From the IMG/VR virus record IMGVR_UViG_3300038393_002131: a stretch of DNA of 64,000 nucleotides. One strand, 5' to 3'. Below are positions 33,836 through 42,740 of this stretch, piece after piece. Below the pieces are notes generated by a model. It was not told the DNA's origin. It worked only from the letters and a program-made list of their open reading frames with translations, and did not search any database. Positions within the stretch are counted from its first letter, which is position 1. Each line of letters begins with the position of its first letter. Origin of the DNA: a virus. Taxonomy: Duplodnaviria; Heunggongvirae; Uroviricota; Caudoviricetes. Made by a program: the position numbers and the translations under genes.

Positions 33836-33853
33836 CGTTGTGTCGCGTCCTCA
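33836..33853 (+). repeat. class-II motif copy (overlaps the stop of 33851..34132)
   Basis: CGTTGTGTCGCGTCCTCA. Confidence 0.55.
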
Positions 33854-34132
33854 GCCGACGGGCTCCCACTCGCTGCGCACGACCCACGCCCGGAACTGGC
33901 CGTGCCACGCGTCCGGGCTCGGGCAGAGGTACGGGTTGCAGTGCATGAGCATCGGCGGGAATCCGAGGCTGCTCGTCTCGAGGTGGCCCCAGCCGCGGTC
34001 GAGGCGGACCTTGACGCCCGTGGCGGCGACGGCCCGCGCCCACTCGGGCGCGCCGAGCGCGGCGTGCACCTCGGCCATGGCGGCGTTGATCTCGGCCGGC
34101 GTCATGACGGTTGTGTCAGTGAGCGTCGCCAC
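33851..34132 (-). CDS. hypothetical protein (93 aa)
   Basis: Its stop is embedded in the class-II motif TGAGGACGCGACACAACG. Confidence 0.4.
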   Translation of the reverse strand: MATLTDTTVMTPAEINAAMAEVHAALGAPEWARAVAATGVKVRLDRGWGHLETSSLGFPPMLMHCNPYLCPSPDAWHGQFRAWVVRSEWEPVG

Positions 34133-34664
34133 GGGCGGCCTCCTCGTCCATGCAGGCGCCGCGCAGCGCGCCGGTGCCGTCGAGGCGCTCGGGGCAGGCG
34201 AGGCCGGGCCCGTCCTCGGGGCCGTGGTTGTGGACGGTCGGGCCCGTGACGGGCTCGTCGTAGCCGAGCGGGAACAGCTCGTGGATCTGCGCGGCGTCGA
34301 CGTCGAGGTTGTCCTGCTGGCGCTTCATCGCGAGGTCCATGAGGTCGATCGCGGCGAGGTCCTGGGCGTAGTCCTCGCCGTCGGCCGGCGCTAGGCGGCG
34401 GGCGAGGAACAGAGGCAGGGCGACCACATCGCTCGGGCGGGTGCCGTCGCGGAAGCCTCCCTCGAGGTCGAATGCGGGCAGGCCGCGATCGAGTTCGCCC
34501 TTGAGCTGGTGGCGCAGGGTGTTGGCCTGCTCGACGACGTCGCGCAGGTCGGTCAGGATCGAGCGGACCCTGTCGGCGCGGGCGCTGAGCTCGGCGGCGT
34601 GCTCGTCGAAGTCGGCGTGGATGTCGGCGTTCGTGCGGGCATCGGTGGGCATGGTGGCGGTCAT
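34116..34664 (-). CDS. hypothetical protein (~182 aa)
   Basis: Start at MTATMPTDART; cassette at 34665-34750 (TTGCCC-N17-TACGCT, hairpin with ACAAGCGTC loop, RBS GGAGGA). Confidence 0.45.
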   Translation of the reverse strand: MTATMPTDARTNADIHADFDEHAAELSARADRVRSILTDLRDVVEQANTLRHQLKGELDRGLPAFDLEGGFRDGTRPSDVVALPLFLARRLAPADGEDYAQDLAAIDLMDLAMKRQQDNLDVDAAQIHELFPLGYDEPVTGPTVHNHGPEDGPGLACPERLDGTGALRGACMDEEAARGDAH

Positions 34665-34799
34665 GGGTCCTCCGGTCGTGTCGGGGATCGGGACGCTTGT
34701 CCGATCACTCGGTAGCGTACAGGCGCTAAAGGTCCCGGGCAAGGGTCAGGGCCACCCGCGTCGCTACGACGGGTGACCCTGACCGGGATGCTCGGTGTG

Positions 34800-35696
34800 T
34801 CAGCCGGTGGCCGTGTCGCCCTTCCGCTCCTCGTCGGCCTGCGGGAGGTCGAGCTCGGGGCGGGTGGCGCCGGTCGAGGCGAGGTAGTCCTCGAACCACT
34901 CGCTCACCCAGCGGCGGGTCGTGGCCGGGTTCTTCGGCGACTCGATCGTGCGGTGGATCGCGGACGCGTCCGGCTTGGCCTGCGGGTCGGCGGCCAGCAT
35001 CCGGTCGAACTCCGCTCGGGCGGCCTCCTTGAGCGGGTCCACGAGCGGCCGCAGGTTGGCCGGAGACTCCGCGGCCGCCGGCGGCGTCGCCTGGGCGGCC
35101 TTGGCCGGAGCCGGAGCCGGAGCCGGGGCTTTCGGGGCGGCCTTGCGCGGCGCCGGCGCAGCGGCCGGGGCGTTCTCGTCGCCCAGCTGGCGAAGATCGA
35201 ACTGCACCTTGTCGGGGTCGTCGGCCAGGACGTGCGCCGAGACGCCGCCGTCGATGGCGCGGCCGAGGAGGTGGATGCCGTAGGCGACGATGATCGGGAT
35301 GGCCGACACGAACCCGATGACGAGCCAGATGGGCGGCTTGGCGCCGGTGATCGCGGACAGGGCGTGGACGATGTTGCCGGCCACCGACAGCCCGAGGGCG
35401 TAGCCGAGGCCGACCCACTCCGACGCGCGCTTGCGCAGAGGCTCGTTCATCGACTGCGACCGGACGATCCCGAACGCGCAGATGATGCCGAACCCGTCGA
35501 TGGCCAGCGGGAGCAGGAACGCGATCGGTCCCATGTTGATGTACTCGCCGACCCAGCGGAGGGCCACGAAGGAGATCGCGGCCGCGATGACGGCCACGGC
35601 GACGACGATGAGGAGGGTGACGCGCTCGAGGCGCTGGTTGCGCTTGTCAGCCAGGGTGAACCCCCGGCTGGTGGGGATCTTGAAGCGGGGGGCCAT
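34800..35696 (-). CDS. integral membrane protein (4 TM helices, Ala/Pro-rich linker; DUF2637-like)
   Basis: Four hydrophobic helices in the first ~150 aa, then an APAAAPAPRKAAPKAPAPAPAPAKAAQ linker. Confidence 0.55.
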   Translation of the reverse strand: MAPRFKIPTSRGFTLADKRNQRLERVTLLIVVAVAVIAAAISFVALRWVGEYINMGPIAFLLPLAIDGFGIICAFGIVRSQSMNEPLRKRASEWVGLGYALGLSVAGNIVHALSAITGAKPPIWLVIGFVSAIPIIVAYGIHLLGRAIDGGVSAHVLADDPDKVQFDLRQLGDENAPAAAPAPRKAAPKAPAPAPAPAKAAQATPPAAAESPANLRPLVDPLKEAARAEFDRMLAADPQAKPDASAIHRTIESPKNPATTRRWVSEWFEDYLASTGATRPELDLPQADEERKGDTATG

Positions 35697-35792
35697 GGGT
35701 TGACGCCCTTCCTGTGGAGTCTGGACACTCCACGGTATTGCGCGGCTGTGCGGTTTCGCTTGCGACGCGCCCGCACAGCCGCGCGGGCCGGG

Positions 35793-36752
35793 TCAGAAGT
35801 CGATCTGGTCGGCGAGGACGGTCCGCAGCGGCACCGGGACGGCCGACTCGGTGATCCGTCCGACGATGCGCGCGTCGAACATCGTGAGCAGCTGCTCCTT
35901 GTTGAGGTTCGTCGTGATGATGGTCGCCTTGCCGGCCTCGAGACGGGAGCCGACGAGGGCGAGGGTGTGGGTGTTGACGAACGACGTGACGGCCTTGGTG
36001 GGGTCGAGCGCGGCCCCGAAGTCGTCGACGATGAGGAGCTTGGCGTCGTTGAGGCGGCGCAGGTAGGCGTCCTGCTCGGCCTTCCGCTCCGGCTTGTTGG
36101 TGTAGTCCATCCGGTCGAGGAACTGCCGGTGGGTGACGAACATGGTGCGGATCGGCCGGTCGCGGCGGACCGCGTAGTGGCCCGCGGCGATGGCCGAGGA
36201 CGTCTTGCCGGTCCGGGTCGGGCCGACGAGCACGACGTTGAGCTTCACCGGGAACGGCTCGTCGAGCGCGTCGATGAACTGGCCGAGGACGCGCTTGGCG
36301 AACGGGTCCTGCACGTCGGCCAGCTGCCACGCGGCGAGGGCTGCCTTGTTCGCGGCCGTGACCGACTCGCGCCAGGCGCGCATGATGCCCTCGTTCTGAG
36401 CCTCGCGCGGGTCCTGCCACGACGCGGAGTGGTCGTCGCCGGGGAGTTTCTCCTTGGGCGTGAGGATGGCCGCGTTCTCCATGAGGTGCTTGGCCTTGGC
36501 GAGGAGGCTCGCGGCGCGGGCGTCGGCGCGGGCCTTCTCGTCGGCGATGCGCTCGGCCTCGATGCGCTCGGCCTCGGCGAGGGCCCGCTCGTACTGCTCG
36601 CGGGTCTGCGTGGTCGTGGGCAGGGCCGGGACCATCTGGCCCTCGGAGCCCTCGACGAGCGAGGTGGTGTCGGGGTGGGTCGTGTCCATCACGGGCGTGT
36701 CTGCCTTCCGGTCGCTTACGGAGGGGGTAATCGGGTCGGGCTGGGTGGTCAT
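35793..36752 (-). CDS. DnaC/IstB-like AAA+ helicase loader
   Basis: Start at MTTQPDP overlapping the upstream stop (ATGA); Walker A VGPTRTGKTS, Walker B LLIVDDFG; the Arg-rich 5' extension of the track ORF is rejected. Confidence 0.75.
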   Translation of the reverse strand: MTTQPDPITPSVSDRKADTPVMDTTHPDTTSLVEGSEGQMVPALPTTTQTREQYERALAEAERIEAERIADEKARADARAASLLAKAKHLMENAAILTPKEKLPGDDHSASWQDPREAQNEGIMRAWRESVTAANKAALAAWQLADVQDPFAKRVLGQFIDALDEPFPVKLNVVLVGPTRTGKTSSAIAAGHYAVRRDRPIRTMFVTHRQFLDRMDYTNKPERKAEQDAYLRRLNDAKLLIVDDFGAALDPTKAVTSFVNTHTLALVGSRLEAGKATIITTNLNKEQLLTMFDARIVGRITESAVPVPLRTVLADQIDF

Positions 36753-37855
36753 GAGGTGCGGCGCTGCTGCGGCTGGTCGAACCATGCTGCGGCGCGGGCC
36801 GCGGCCTCCTCCTCGGACTCTGAGGCTGCGGGGAGGGACGAGCCGTCCTTCCAGACCTCGTCGCTGTACGAACTGTGCCGGGGGCCGAAGCGGCTGTCCA
36901 CGGTCGCGAGGTTGGTGCCGCCCATCTCCTCGCGGAGCAGTCGGCGGAACTGCGGCATGGGTGGCTGCTCGGAGCCGCTCTTGCACAGGGCGAGCTTGAT
37001 CTGGTCCTCGGTTGCGCCGTCCGTCAGGGCGACGTCGACGTAGGACTTGCGCAGGGCCTCGACGATGCGGGCCTTGCCGACGATGGGTGCGCCGGTCTTC
37101 TTCTCGAACCAGTCGAGGTAGCCCCGGACGATCCGGTAGCCCTGCTCGCGCTGGGTCTCGACCTTCGCCTCGACGACGACGCCTTCGAGCGCGAGAGTGC
37201 CGTCCGCCTGTCCCTCGTCATTGCTGATGAGGGACGAGTCCCGGCCGCCCGACGCGTCAGCGGCGGGGGTAGTTGGTTCTTTGTTGGGTTCTATGGACGG
37301 TTTGGGTGACATGGGTGTCACCCCTAGTGCGTCACCGGTGTCACCCCTGGGCGTCACAGGTGTCACCCCTGAGGCCTCATCCGGCAGGGGTGACAGTTTG
37401 GCACCCCTGTTATCCACAGGGTCACCCGTACTGTCAAGCGGTGCCTCGGTCAGGGGTGTCAGATTGGCACCCCTGTTCGCTGCTGCCTTGGTCCCGCCAG
37501 CCTGTCCGTGACCGGCGAACTGGTCGCGGCGTCCCGGCTCCCGCTCGTCCTTCCACGCCTCCCGGTCCTCGTCCGTCAGGGCGATCTCGTAGGCGATCGG
37601 GCGGTACCGCTCGGGGATGCGCGGGTCGATGACCGACTGGTCACCCTCACGGATCCAGCCATCCTCGAGGAGGACCGCGATGTGCCGCTGCACGGTGCGC
37701 ACCGAGCAGTTGGCGTACTCGGCCAGGAGTTTGGCCCCGGCGTACGCGCAGGTGCCGTCCTTGTGGGCGTGGTTCGCCAGCCCGAGGAGCACCAGCTTGC
37801 GGGTGGAGTCGCCGACGTTCATCGAGAACACGGCCGACATGGCTTCGATGCTCAC
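36749..37855 (-). CDS. replication initiator-like protein with N-terminal winged-HTH; iteron cluster inside its coding sequence
   Basis: GTG at 37855 overlaps the upstream TGA; HTH KLLAEYANCSVRTVQRHIAVLLEDGWIRE; the central Pro/Val/Thr/Gly linker is encoded by GGTGTCACCCCT repeats. Confidence 0.6.
   Translation of the reverse strand: MSIEAMSAVFSMNVGDSTRKLVLLGLANHAHKDGTCAYAGAKLLAEYANCSVRTVQRHIAVLLEDGWIREGDQSVIDPRIPERYRPIAYEIALTDEDREAWKDEREPGRRDQFAGHGQAGGTKAAANRGANLTPLTEAPLDSTGDPVDNRGAKLSPLPDEASGVTPVTPRGDTGDALGVTPMSPKPSIEPNKEPTTPAADASGGRDSSLISNDEGQADGTLALEGVVVEAKVETQREQGYRIVRGYLDWFEKKTGAPIVGKARIVEALRKSYVDVALTDGATEDQIKLALCKSGSEQPPMPQFRRLLREEMGGTNLATVDSRFGPRHSSYSDEVWKDGSSLPAASESEEEAAARAAAWFDQPQQRRTS
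37305..37480. repeat. iteron-like cluster: direct and inverted copies of GGTGTCACCCCT (putative replication origin)
   Basis: Three direct copies of ~23-bp unit GCGTCAC(C/A)GGTGTCACCCCT, inverted AGGGGTGACA at ~37386, two copies of TTGGCACCCCTGTT, variants AGGGTCACCCG and CAGGGGTGTCAG. Confidence 0.6.
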
Positions 37856-38205
37856 GCGATCACCGCCAGCGCGTAGCGGTTGCGGGCCGTGGGCTGGCCG
37901 TTGCGGTACTCGAGGCGCTTCTGGCGGGTGATGACGCCAGCGCGGACCAGCTCGCCGAGGAACTGGCGGGCGCGGCCCTGGGTCATACCGGACGTTTCGG
38001 CGACCTCAATGAGGCCGAGCCAGCGGGCGCCATCCCGGGACAGGACGAGCATCGCGGCGGCGATCTTGAACGCCCCGTCGGTCAGCGGCCGCGCCACGAG
38101 AGCGGCGAGGGTGGCCGCTGCATCAACGGTCGGGGGGTTCTGGATGGGGAGGTGCGTGTCGGCTGCGAGTGCGTGTGCCGACGGGACCCTTGCGGGTACA
38201 GTCAT
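37852..38205 (-). CDS. winged-helix DNA-binding protein (~117 aa)
   Basis: Start at M96 (MTVPARV) with RBS GGTGAGGA; C-terminal wHTH-like GMTQGRARQFLGELVRAGVITRQ. Confidence 0.5.
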   Translation of the reverse strand: MTVPARVPSAHALAADTHLPIQNPPTVDAAATLAALVARPLTDGAFKIAAAMLVLSRDGARWLGLIEVAETSGMTQGRARQFLGELVRAGVITRQKRLEYRNGQPTARNRYALAVIA

Positions 38206-38414
38206 GAGTGTCCTCACCGGAGACGTGGTAGTTGCTTGGTGGGGCTGACGGCGGCGATCTGCTCGACACACCCGGGGCCAACCGGGGAGCGGAGAGGCCG
38301 CCGTCGTCTTTCCATGTGGAGTTCTGCCGCCGAACGTACGCCCGGGGCAGGCGGCAGCACGGGAGGCGCGCCGCGAGGTGGGGGGAAGCATGGGTGGGGT
38401 CCTTGCCTTGGTGC

Positions 38415-38777
38415 CTAGGCCGAACGCTGACGGCCAGTCCTCTTGAGGTGGTTGCGGGTCTCTGCCGACTTGAAGTCGTGACCAGCCCACACACCGTACC
38501 GCTCGTCACGCTCTAGCGCGCCCTGTAGACACGCCGCCGCCACCGAGCATCTTCCGCAGACCTGCCGGGCCTGCTCGAGCATCATCTCCGCCTCAGCCTG
38601 TTTGAGCGGGTAGCTGTGCTCGCCCTCGTCCGGGCTGGCGTAGGGGAAGAAGATCTCCGGGTCCTCGTCGCGGCACGGCTCGGGCGTCGGCGGCTCGGCC
38701 GGCATGGCGGCGAGGGTCATGACGCCCCGTTCCCGGCGGGCGGGCCGGTCGGAGCGGGCGTCGCGCTCGGCGCGCAT
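38415..38777 (-). CDS. WhiB-family transcriptional regulator
   Basis: Four Cys in WhiB spacing (C..DPEIFFP...C.RCSVAAAC); only the 3' ~100-120 codons of track ORF 38415..40262 are judged coding; start 38720 or 38777. Confidence 0.7.
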   Translation of the reverse strand: MRAERDARSDRPARRERGVMTLAAMPAEPPTPEPCRDEDPEIFFPYASPDEGEHSYPLKQAEAEMMLEQARQVCGRCSVAAACLQGALERDERYGVWAGHDFKSAETRNHLKRTGRQRSA

Positions 38778-38842
38778 CATCCGGTTGCCGCCGGCGAGGT
38801 TCGCGAGGACCTCGGACTCGGGGACGATGAACGGCGCGCGCC

Positions 38843-39499
38843 TCATGCCGCGGACTCCTCGCCCTGGTGCGCGACGACCGTGCCCTCGATAGTGGCGTGG
38901 GCCTCGAGCTGCCGGTCGGCGGCCGCGACGAGCGCGTCGATGTCGAAGTCGGCCGCGAGCTGGTCGAGGACCTCGTCGCGGGCGTCGCGCTTCTCCTGCG
39001 CGCCGGCGCCGGTGAACGGCGTGAACCGGGTGGTGGTCGCCGGGCCGGCCGCCTTGTAGGCCAGGCCGGGGATCGTCTCGCCGGTGTTCTTGTTGTAGAC
39101 CGTGCCGTCCTCGGCGACCGCGACGTTCTTCGGGTCGGTCATCGTCTTGAGGACGTTGCCGCGGACGGTGACCTTGACCTCGAGCGCGCCGGGGTTCGTC
39201 TCCTCGAGGTGCTCGATGAGGTCGCCCTCGTCGGCCACGTAGAACGAGCCCTTGGGCTCGACGACGGTGACGGTGCCGATGTGCACGCCGTCGTGCAGGA
39301 CCTCGATGGACTTCTGCCGGCCCTCGACGCCGGGGTTGTTGAAGCGGTCGAGCAGCTGCTCGTCGGCGGCGGCGCGCATCTTCGTCGTGAGGCCCTTGGC
39401 CTTGGACACGATGCGGTCGGCGACCATGTGCGCGAGGTACTGCTGCGCGGCCGTGGCGAAGCCGATGCCGCCGGTGCTGGGGTCGGTGACCTGAGTCAT
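38843..39499 (-). CDS. hypothetical protein (~219 aa)
   Basis: Start at M31 (MTQVTDPS); first minus-strand gene after the divergent switch region. Confidence 0.5.
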   Translation of the reverse strand: MTQVTDPSTGGIGFATAAQQYLAHMVADRIVSKAKGLTTKMRAAADEQLLDRFNNPGVEGRQKSIEVLHDGVHIGTVTVVEPKGSFYVADEGDLIEHLEETNPGALEVKVTVRGNVLKTMTDPKNVAVAEDGTVYNKNTGETIPGLAYKAAGPATTTRFTPFTGAGAQEKRDARDEVLDQLAADFDIDALVAAADRQLEAHATIEGTVVAHQGEESAA

Positions 39500-39764
39500 G
39501 GGGGTTCTCTCCCGTGTGTCGGCCGGGGACGCAATCCCGGCGTGTGGCTGCAGTTTCGCACACCCGCTCATCTCGGGCAAGGGTTGCAACTAGACACGCG
39601 GCGCGCCGACTGCACAAAGTGCACCGGCTGCAGTGCACTTTCGGCCGACACCCCTGACACCACCCCCAACGCGCAGGCGCGCGACAGGCGCGCACGCGCG
39701 CGTACGCGCGAGGAATGCATTCTGTCAACTCCGGCCCCACCCGCCCCTGCTCTACGATTGGCGC
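39500..39764. promoter_or_regulatory. divergent switch region with operator-like palindromes and GCGCGC repeats
   Basis: TGCACAAAGTGCA palindrome; inverted repeat AAAGTGCAC-N8-GTGCACTTT (~39608-39640); then CAGGCGCGCACGCGCGCGTACGCGCGA. Confidence 0.5.
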
Positions 39765-40241
39765 ATGGCGGACCGGGTTGTATCTCCACGGGCCCGAGCG
39801 GCGTTCGTCCTCGCGGCCCTCGCCGTCGACCTCGCCGACGCGTCCCGTGACCTCGTCGCCGACATCGCGACCCCGCACCGCCCGGGCGAGCTCACCTACC
39901 GGGTGCGGCAGCAGCTGCGTGTCGCGTCCGTCGCGGCCGTCGATCTCGCCCTCATGATCGAGGCCTACGACGGCGCGTCGTGGGATGTCCTGGCCGACCG
40001 GTCGCTGGTGCCGGCCGCCGAACTCGAGGCCCGGTACGAGCCGGTCCTCACCTCGTGGCGCGCGGGCGTGTGGGCCCTGCCGCCGAACGGTGTCGTCTAC
40101 GCGCAGTTCCTCCCGGCGTTCCAGCTCGAACCGGACCTTGACACTGCGGCCGCGCTCGACAGCTGGTGCGCGCGCGCACGGGACCCGCGCGACGAGATCA
40201 GCGGCGACGGGCCGGTGGTGCGCGCGCTCACCACGTTGTAG
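39765..40241 (+). CDS. hypothetical protein (~159 aa), plus strand
   Basis: High-GC3 coding signal with Ala/Val/Leu-rich sequence; preceded by the palindrome-rich region 39590-39764 and followed by a bidirectional terminator at 40291-40318; start uncertain. Confidence 0.45.
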   Translation: MADRVVSPRARAAFVLAALAVDLADASRDLVADIATPHRPGELTYRVRQQLRVASVAAVDLALMIEAYDGASWDVLADRSLVPAAELEARYEPVLTSWRAGVWALPPNGVVYAQFLPAFQLEPDLDTAAALDSWCARARDPRDEISGDGPVVRALTTL

Positions 40242-40290
40242 CGCGCGCGGGCGTGCGCGCACCGACGGGGAATCGCGCGCGCACGACGAA

Positions 40291-40318
40291 GGGCGGGCAG
40301 TCGAGTGACTGCCCGCCC
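40291..40318. terminator. bidirectional hairpin between the plus gene 39765..40241 and the minus ATPase gene
   Basis: GGGCGGGCAGTC-gagt-GACTGCCCGCCC, perfect 12-bp stem. Confidence 0.55.
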
Positions 40319-40353
40319 TCCCCTTGTCCGCTGCGTGCGCGTGCGCGTGCGCG

Positions 40354-41949
40354 TCAGGCGTTGACCGGCTCGCCCGCGCGGTCGGCCGCGTCGACGTCGT
40401 GCGCGCCGATCAGCTCGGCCCACATGCGGAACGTGCCCTTGCCGATGCCCGCGTACGCGTCGGCCTCAGCCGTGCGTCCCTGCGCCCGCAGGCCCTCGAT
40501 GACGCCCGGGCGCATCTTGAGGGCGTGGGCCTTGAGGACGAGCGTGTCGAGGCCCGTGACGTCCTCCGCGCCCGACTCGGCGACGATGGACGCGACGAAC
40601 TGCGCAGGGGTCGCGCCGAGCACCGACGCCTGCCCCTCCAACTCGGAGAGGATGAACGTGCGCTGCAGGTCGCGCGGCTGCTTGGCGCGCGCGGTCTGCT
40701 TCGCCTGGTACTCGTTGTTCGCGCGCTGGCCCTCCGGCTCGGTGCGCGTGTCCGGCTCGGTCGCGGGCGCGCTCTGCGCGTGCACGGGCTGGTCCTGCTG
40801 TGCGCGCGCCTCGCGCGCACCCTCACCCTGCGGCGCGCGCGCGGCCTCGTCCTGCTGCGCGGGCGCACCGGCGGTCTGCTGCGCGCGCTCCCGCTCGGCG
40901 CGCGCGGCCGCGATCTGCTGGTCGACCTGCGCGCGCCACCCGGCGACGAGCTGCACGCCGTTGACCGGGGTGCCGTCGGGAGCCTGCGTGTGGATGCCTG
41001 CGAGGGTCCGCTCGCCGTACTTGGTGTAGACGTCGCGAAGTGCCGGGAGCCGGGCCTCGACGTCGTCGAGGTTGACGGCGGCCTGCACGTCACCGAGGAA
41101 CTCGTCGACGAGGATCACGTCCTCATCCGCCCCCGGGCCGTCTGCCGTGGACATGATGTTGTGCGACCGCTGGCCGACCTCGGCCGCGTCGGCGAGACCC
41201 AGCACCCGCCAGAACGCATCCATGGAGAAGTCGGGGAATGCGGTGCTCCGGTCGTAGACGCCGGTCTTGACCGGCTCCCGCCGCACCGACCGGGTGCCGG
41301 TGACGTACCACTCCCGGTACTCCGGGGCCTCGACCACGGCACCGACGTCTGACGCAAGGCCCTTCTGAGCCTTGATCTTCCAGTGACGGTCCTTGGTCGG
41401 CTTCCCGGCCGCGTCCATGACCACCTGATTCTCGAGCAGGGCTGTCACGATGACGGGGCCGTCGTGGGCGCGGAGGACGTCGACGACGTCGTACCAGTCG
41501 TTCTTGGCCTTGTTCCACAGGTCGGGGTGGACGGTGACCTCGTCGTCAGGGCTGTAGGGCTTGTTGTACTTCTCGGCGGCCTTCTTGGCGCGACGGTGTG
41601 CGGCCTCGTTGGCCTTGTCCGAGAGGAGCTCCCACCAGCGGCCGGCGCCGTCGAGGATGAGCAGGTTCGGCTTGCTCGGGTCGACGCGCGGCTGGGTGGA
41701 GGCGTCCTTGAGGGCCTCGAGCATGCCGCGGTGGGTGCCGTCGTGCAGGGCGATGTCGAAGCGGGCGCCGGGGATCAGGCCGTACTCGTCCGGGTCGTCC
41801 TCACCGCAGGACACGACGAAGCCGTGACCGACGAGCGGCGAAGCGGTCGCCTCGATCGCGGTGTAGGTCTTGCCCTTCTTCTCGCCAGCGGCGAGGAGGG
41901 TGATGGGCCAGGACGGGAGGCCGGTGGGCTTGCGGAACGTGGTTGCCAC
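40354..41949 (-). CDS. P-loop NTPase (RecA-like/AAA-type ATPase, ~531 aa)
   Basis: GTG at 41949 with RBS GGAGAA and class-I leader hairpin; Walker A AAGEKKGKT near the N-terminus, Walker-B-like LLILDGAG; acidic/Gln-rich C-terminal half. Confidence 0.55.
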   Translation of the reverse strand: MATTFRKPTGLPSWPITLLAAGEKKGKTYTAIEATASPLVGHGFVVSCGEDDPDEYGLIPGARFDIALHDGTHRGMLEALKDASTQPRVDPSKPNLLILDGAGRWWELLSDKANEAAHRRAKKAAEKYNKPYSPDDEVTVHPDLWNKAKNDWYDVVDVLRAHDGPVIVTALLENQVVMDAAGKPTKDRHWKIKAQKGLASDVGAVVEAPEYREWYVTGTRSVRREPVKTGVYDRSTAFPDFSMDAFWRVLGLADAAEVGQRSHNIMSTADGPGADEDVILVDEFLGDVQAAVNLDDVEARLPALRDVYTKYGERTLAGIHTQAPDGTPVNGVQLVAGWRAQVDQQIAAARAERERAQQTAGAPAQQDEAARAPQGEGAREARAQQDQPVHAQSAPATEPDTRTEPEGQRANNEYQAKQTARAKQPRDLQRTFILSELEGQASVLGATPAQFVASIVAESGAEDVTGLDTLVLKAHALKMRPGVIEGLRAQGRTAEADAYAGIGKGTFRMWAELIGAHDVDAADRAGEPVNA

Positions 41950-42042
41950 GGGTGGTTCTCCATCTGCTGTCGGGCCCGGGGACGCTCTCCCGGGGTACGT
42001 CTTTAGTAACTGCACGCTATCGCACATCGGCGACAGCGCCAA

Positions 42043-42146
42043 GGGTTTGAGTATGCACGCGCCCTAAGACAGTGACGCGCGCACCCGAACCGGTCGGATG
42101 CGCGCGTCAGAGGACGTGCGATGCGCGTGCAGGACGCGCGCGGAGA
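42043..42146. repeat. GCGCGC-rich intergenic repeat block upstream of the ATPase gene
   Basis: ACGCGCGC, GACGCGCGCAC, GATGCGCGCG, GCGATGCGCGTG, GACGCGCGCGG, GTGCGCGCGCGG. Confidence 0.5.
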
Positions 42147-42740
42147 TCAGTACCGTGCGCGCGCGGCCGGCCGCGAACGGCCAGTGCTGCCACCGCCGCC
42201 TGCGCGCGCAGCGCGCGCCTGCTGCTTGCGCGCGCGCTTCTGCTCACGGACCTTCTCCTCCTCCTCGTCGAGGATCTGGCGCGCGCGCTCGGGCGTGATC
42301 GTCTCGCCGGCCAAGAGCAGCTGGTAGACGCGCTCCTTGGTGCGCGCGCGGGGGTTTGGTGAGGTGTCGAGGATGCCAGCGCGCGCCTTCTCGAGCTTGT
42401 TGATCTCCAAGAGGATCTGCCGCTCGTGGCCGACCATGTTGCGGAACATCTCAGTGTTCCTGCGCCGCTCCTTGGTCGAGATGTCCTCACCGCTGCGCGC
42501 GCGCACCTCGCTATTGGCGCTGTTCACGAGGAACGTCGCCGCGGCGACCGACCGGCGAATAAGGCGGGGGTCGCGGAACGCGGCCTGGCGTGAGGCGTCC
42601 TCGACAGTGCGCACCGGAAGCATGATGGAGTCAGCCAGGAGCTCGGCGTACTGCCGCTCATCGAGTACGTGCTCGAGCTGCGAGACGAGAATGTCGACGC
42701 GCGCCTTGTCGGGAATCGGACGGGGCGGATCGGTTGACAT
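42147..42740 (-). CDS. hypothetical protein (~197 aa) with basic Lys/Arg-rich C-terminus
   Basis: Start at M34 (MSTDPPRP); lies just downstream of the long non-coding region 42741-43251. Confidence 0.5.
   Translation of the reverse strand: MSTDPPRPIPDKARVDILVSQLEHVLDERQYAELLADSIMLPVRTVEDASRQAAFRDPRLIRRSVAAATFLVNSANSEVRARSGEDISTKERRRNTEMFRNMVGHERQILLEINKLEKARAGILDTSPNPRARTKERVYQLLLAGETITPERARQILDEEEEKVREQKRARKQQARAARAGGGGSTGRSRPAARARY

Noticed and set aside
38415-40262. 615-aa ORF containing the WhiB-like sequence
   Set aside because: Only the last ~100-120 codons look like a real protein (WhiB Cys pattern). The upstream 500 codons are Arg/His/Gly-rich and overlap the better gene 38843..39499 and the switch region.
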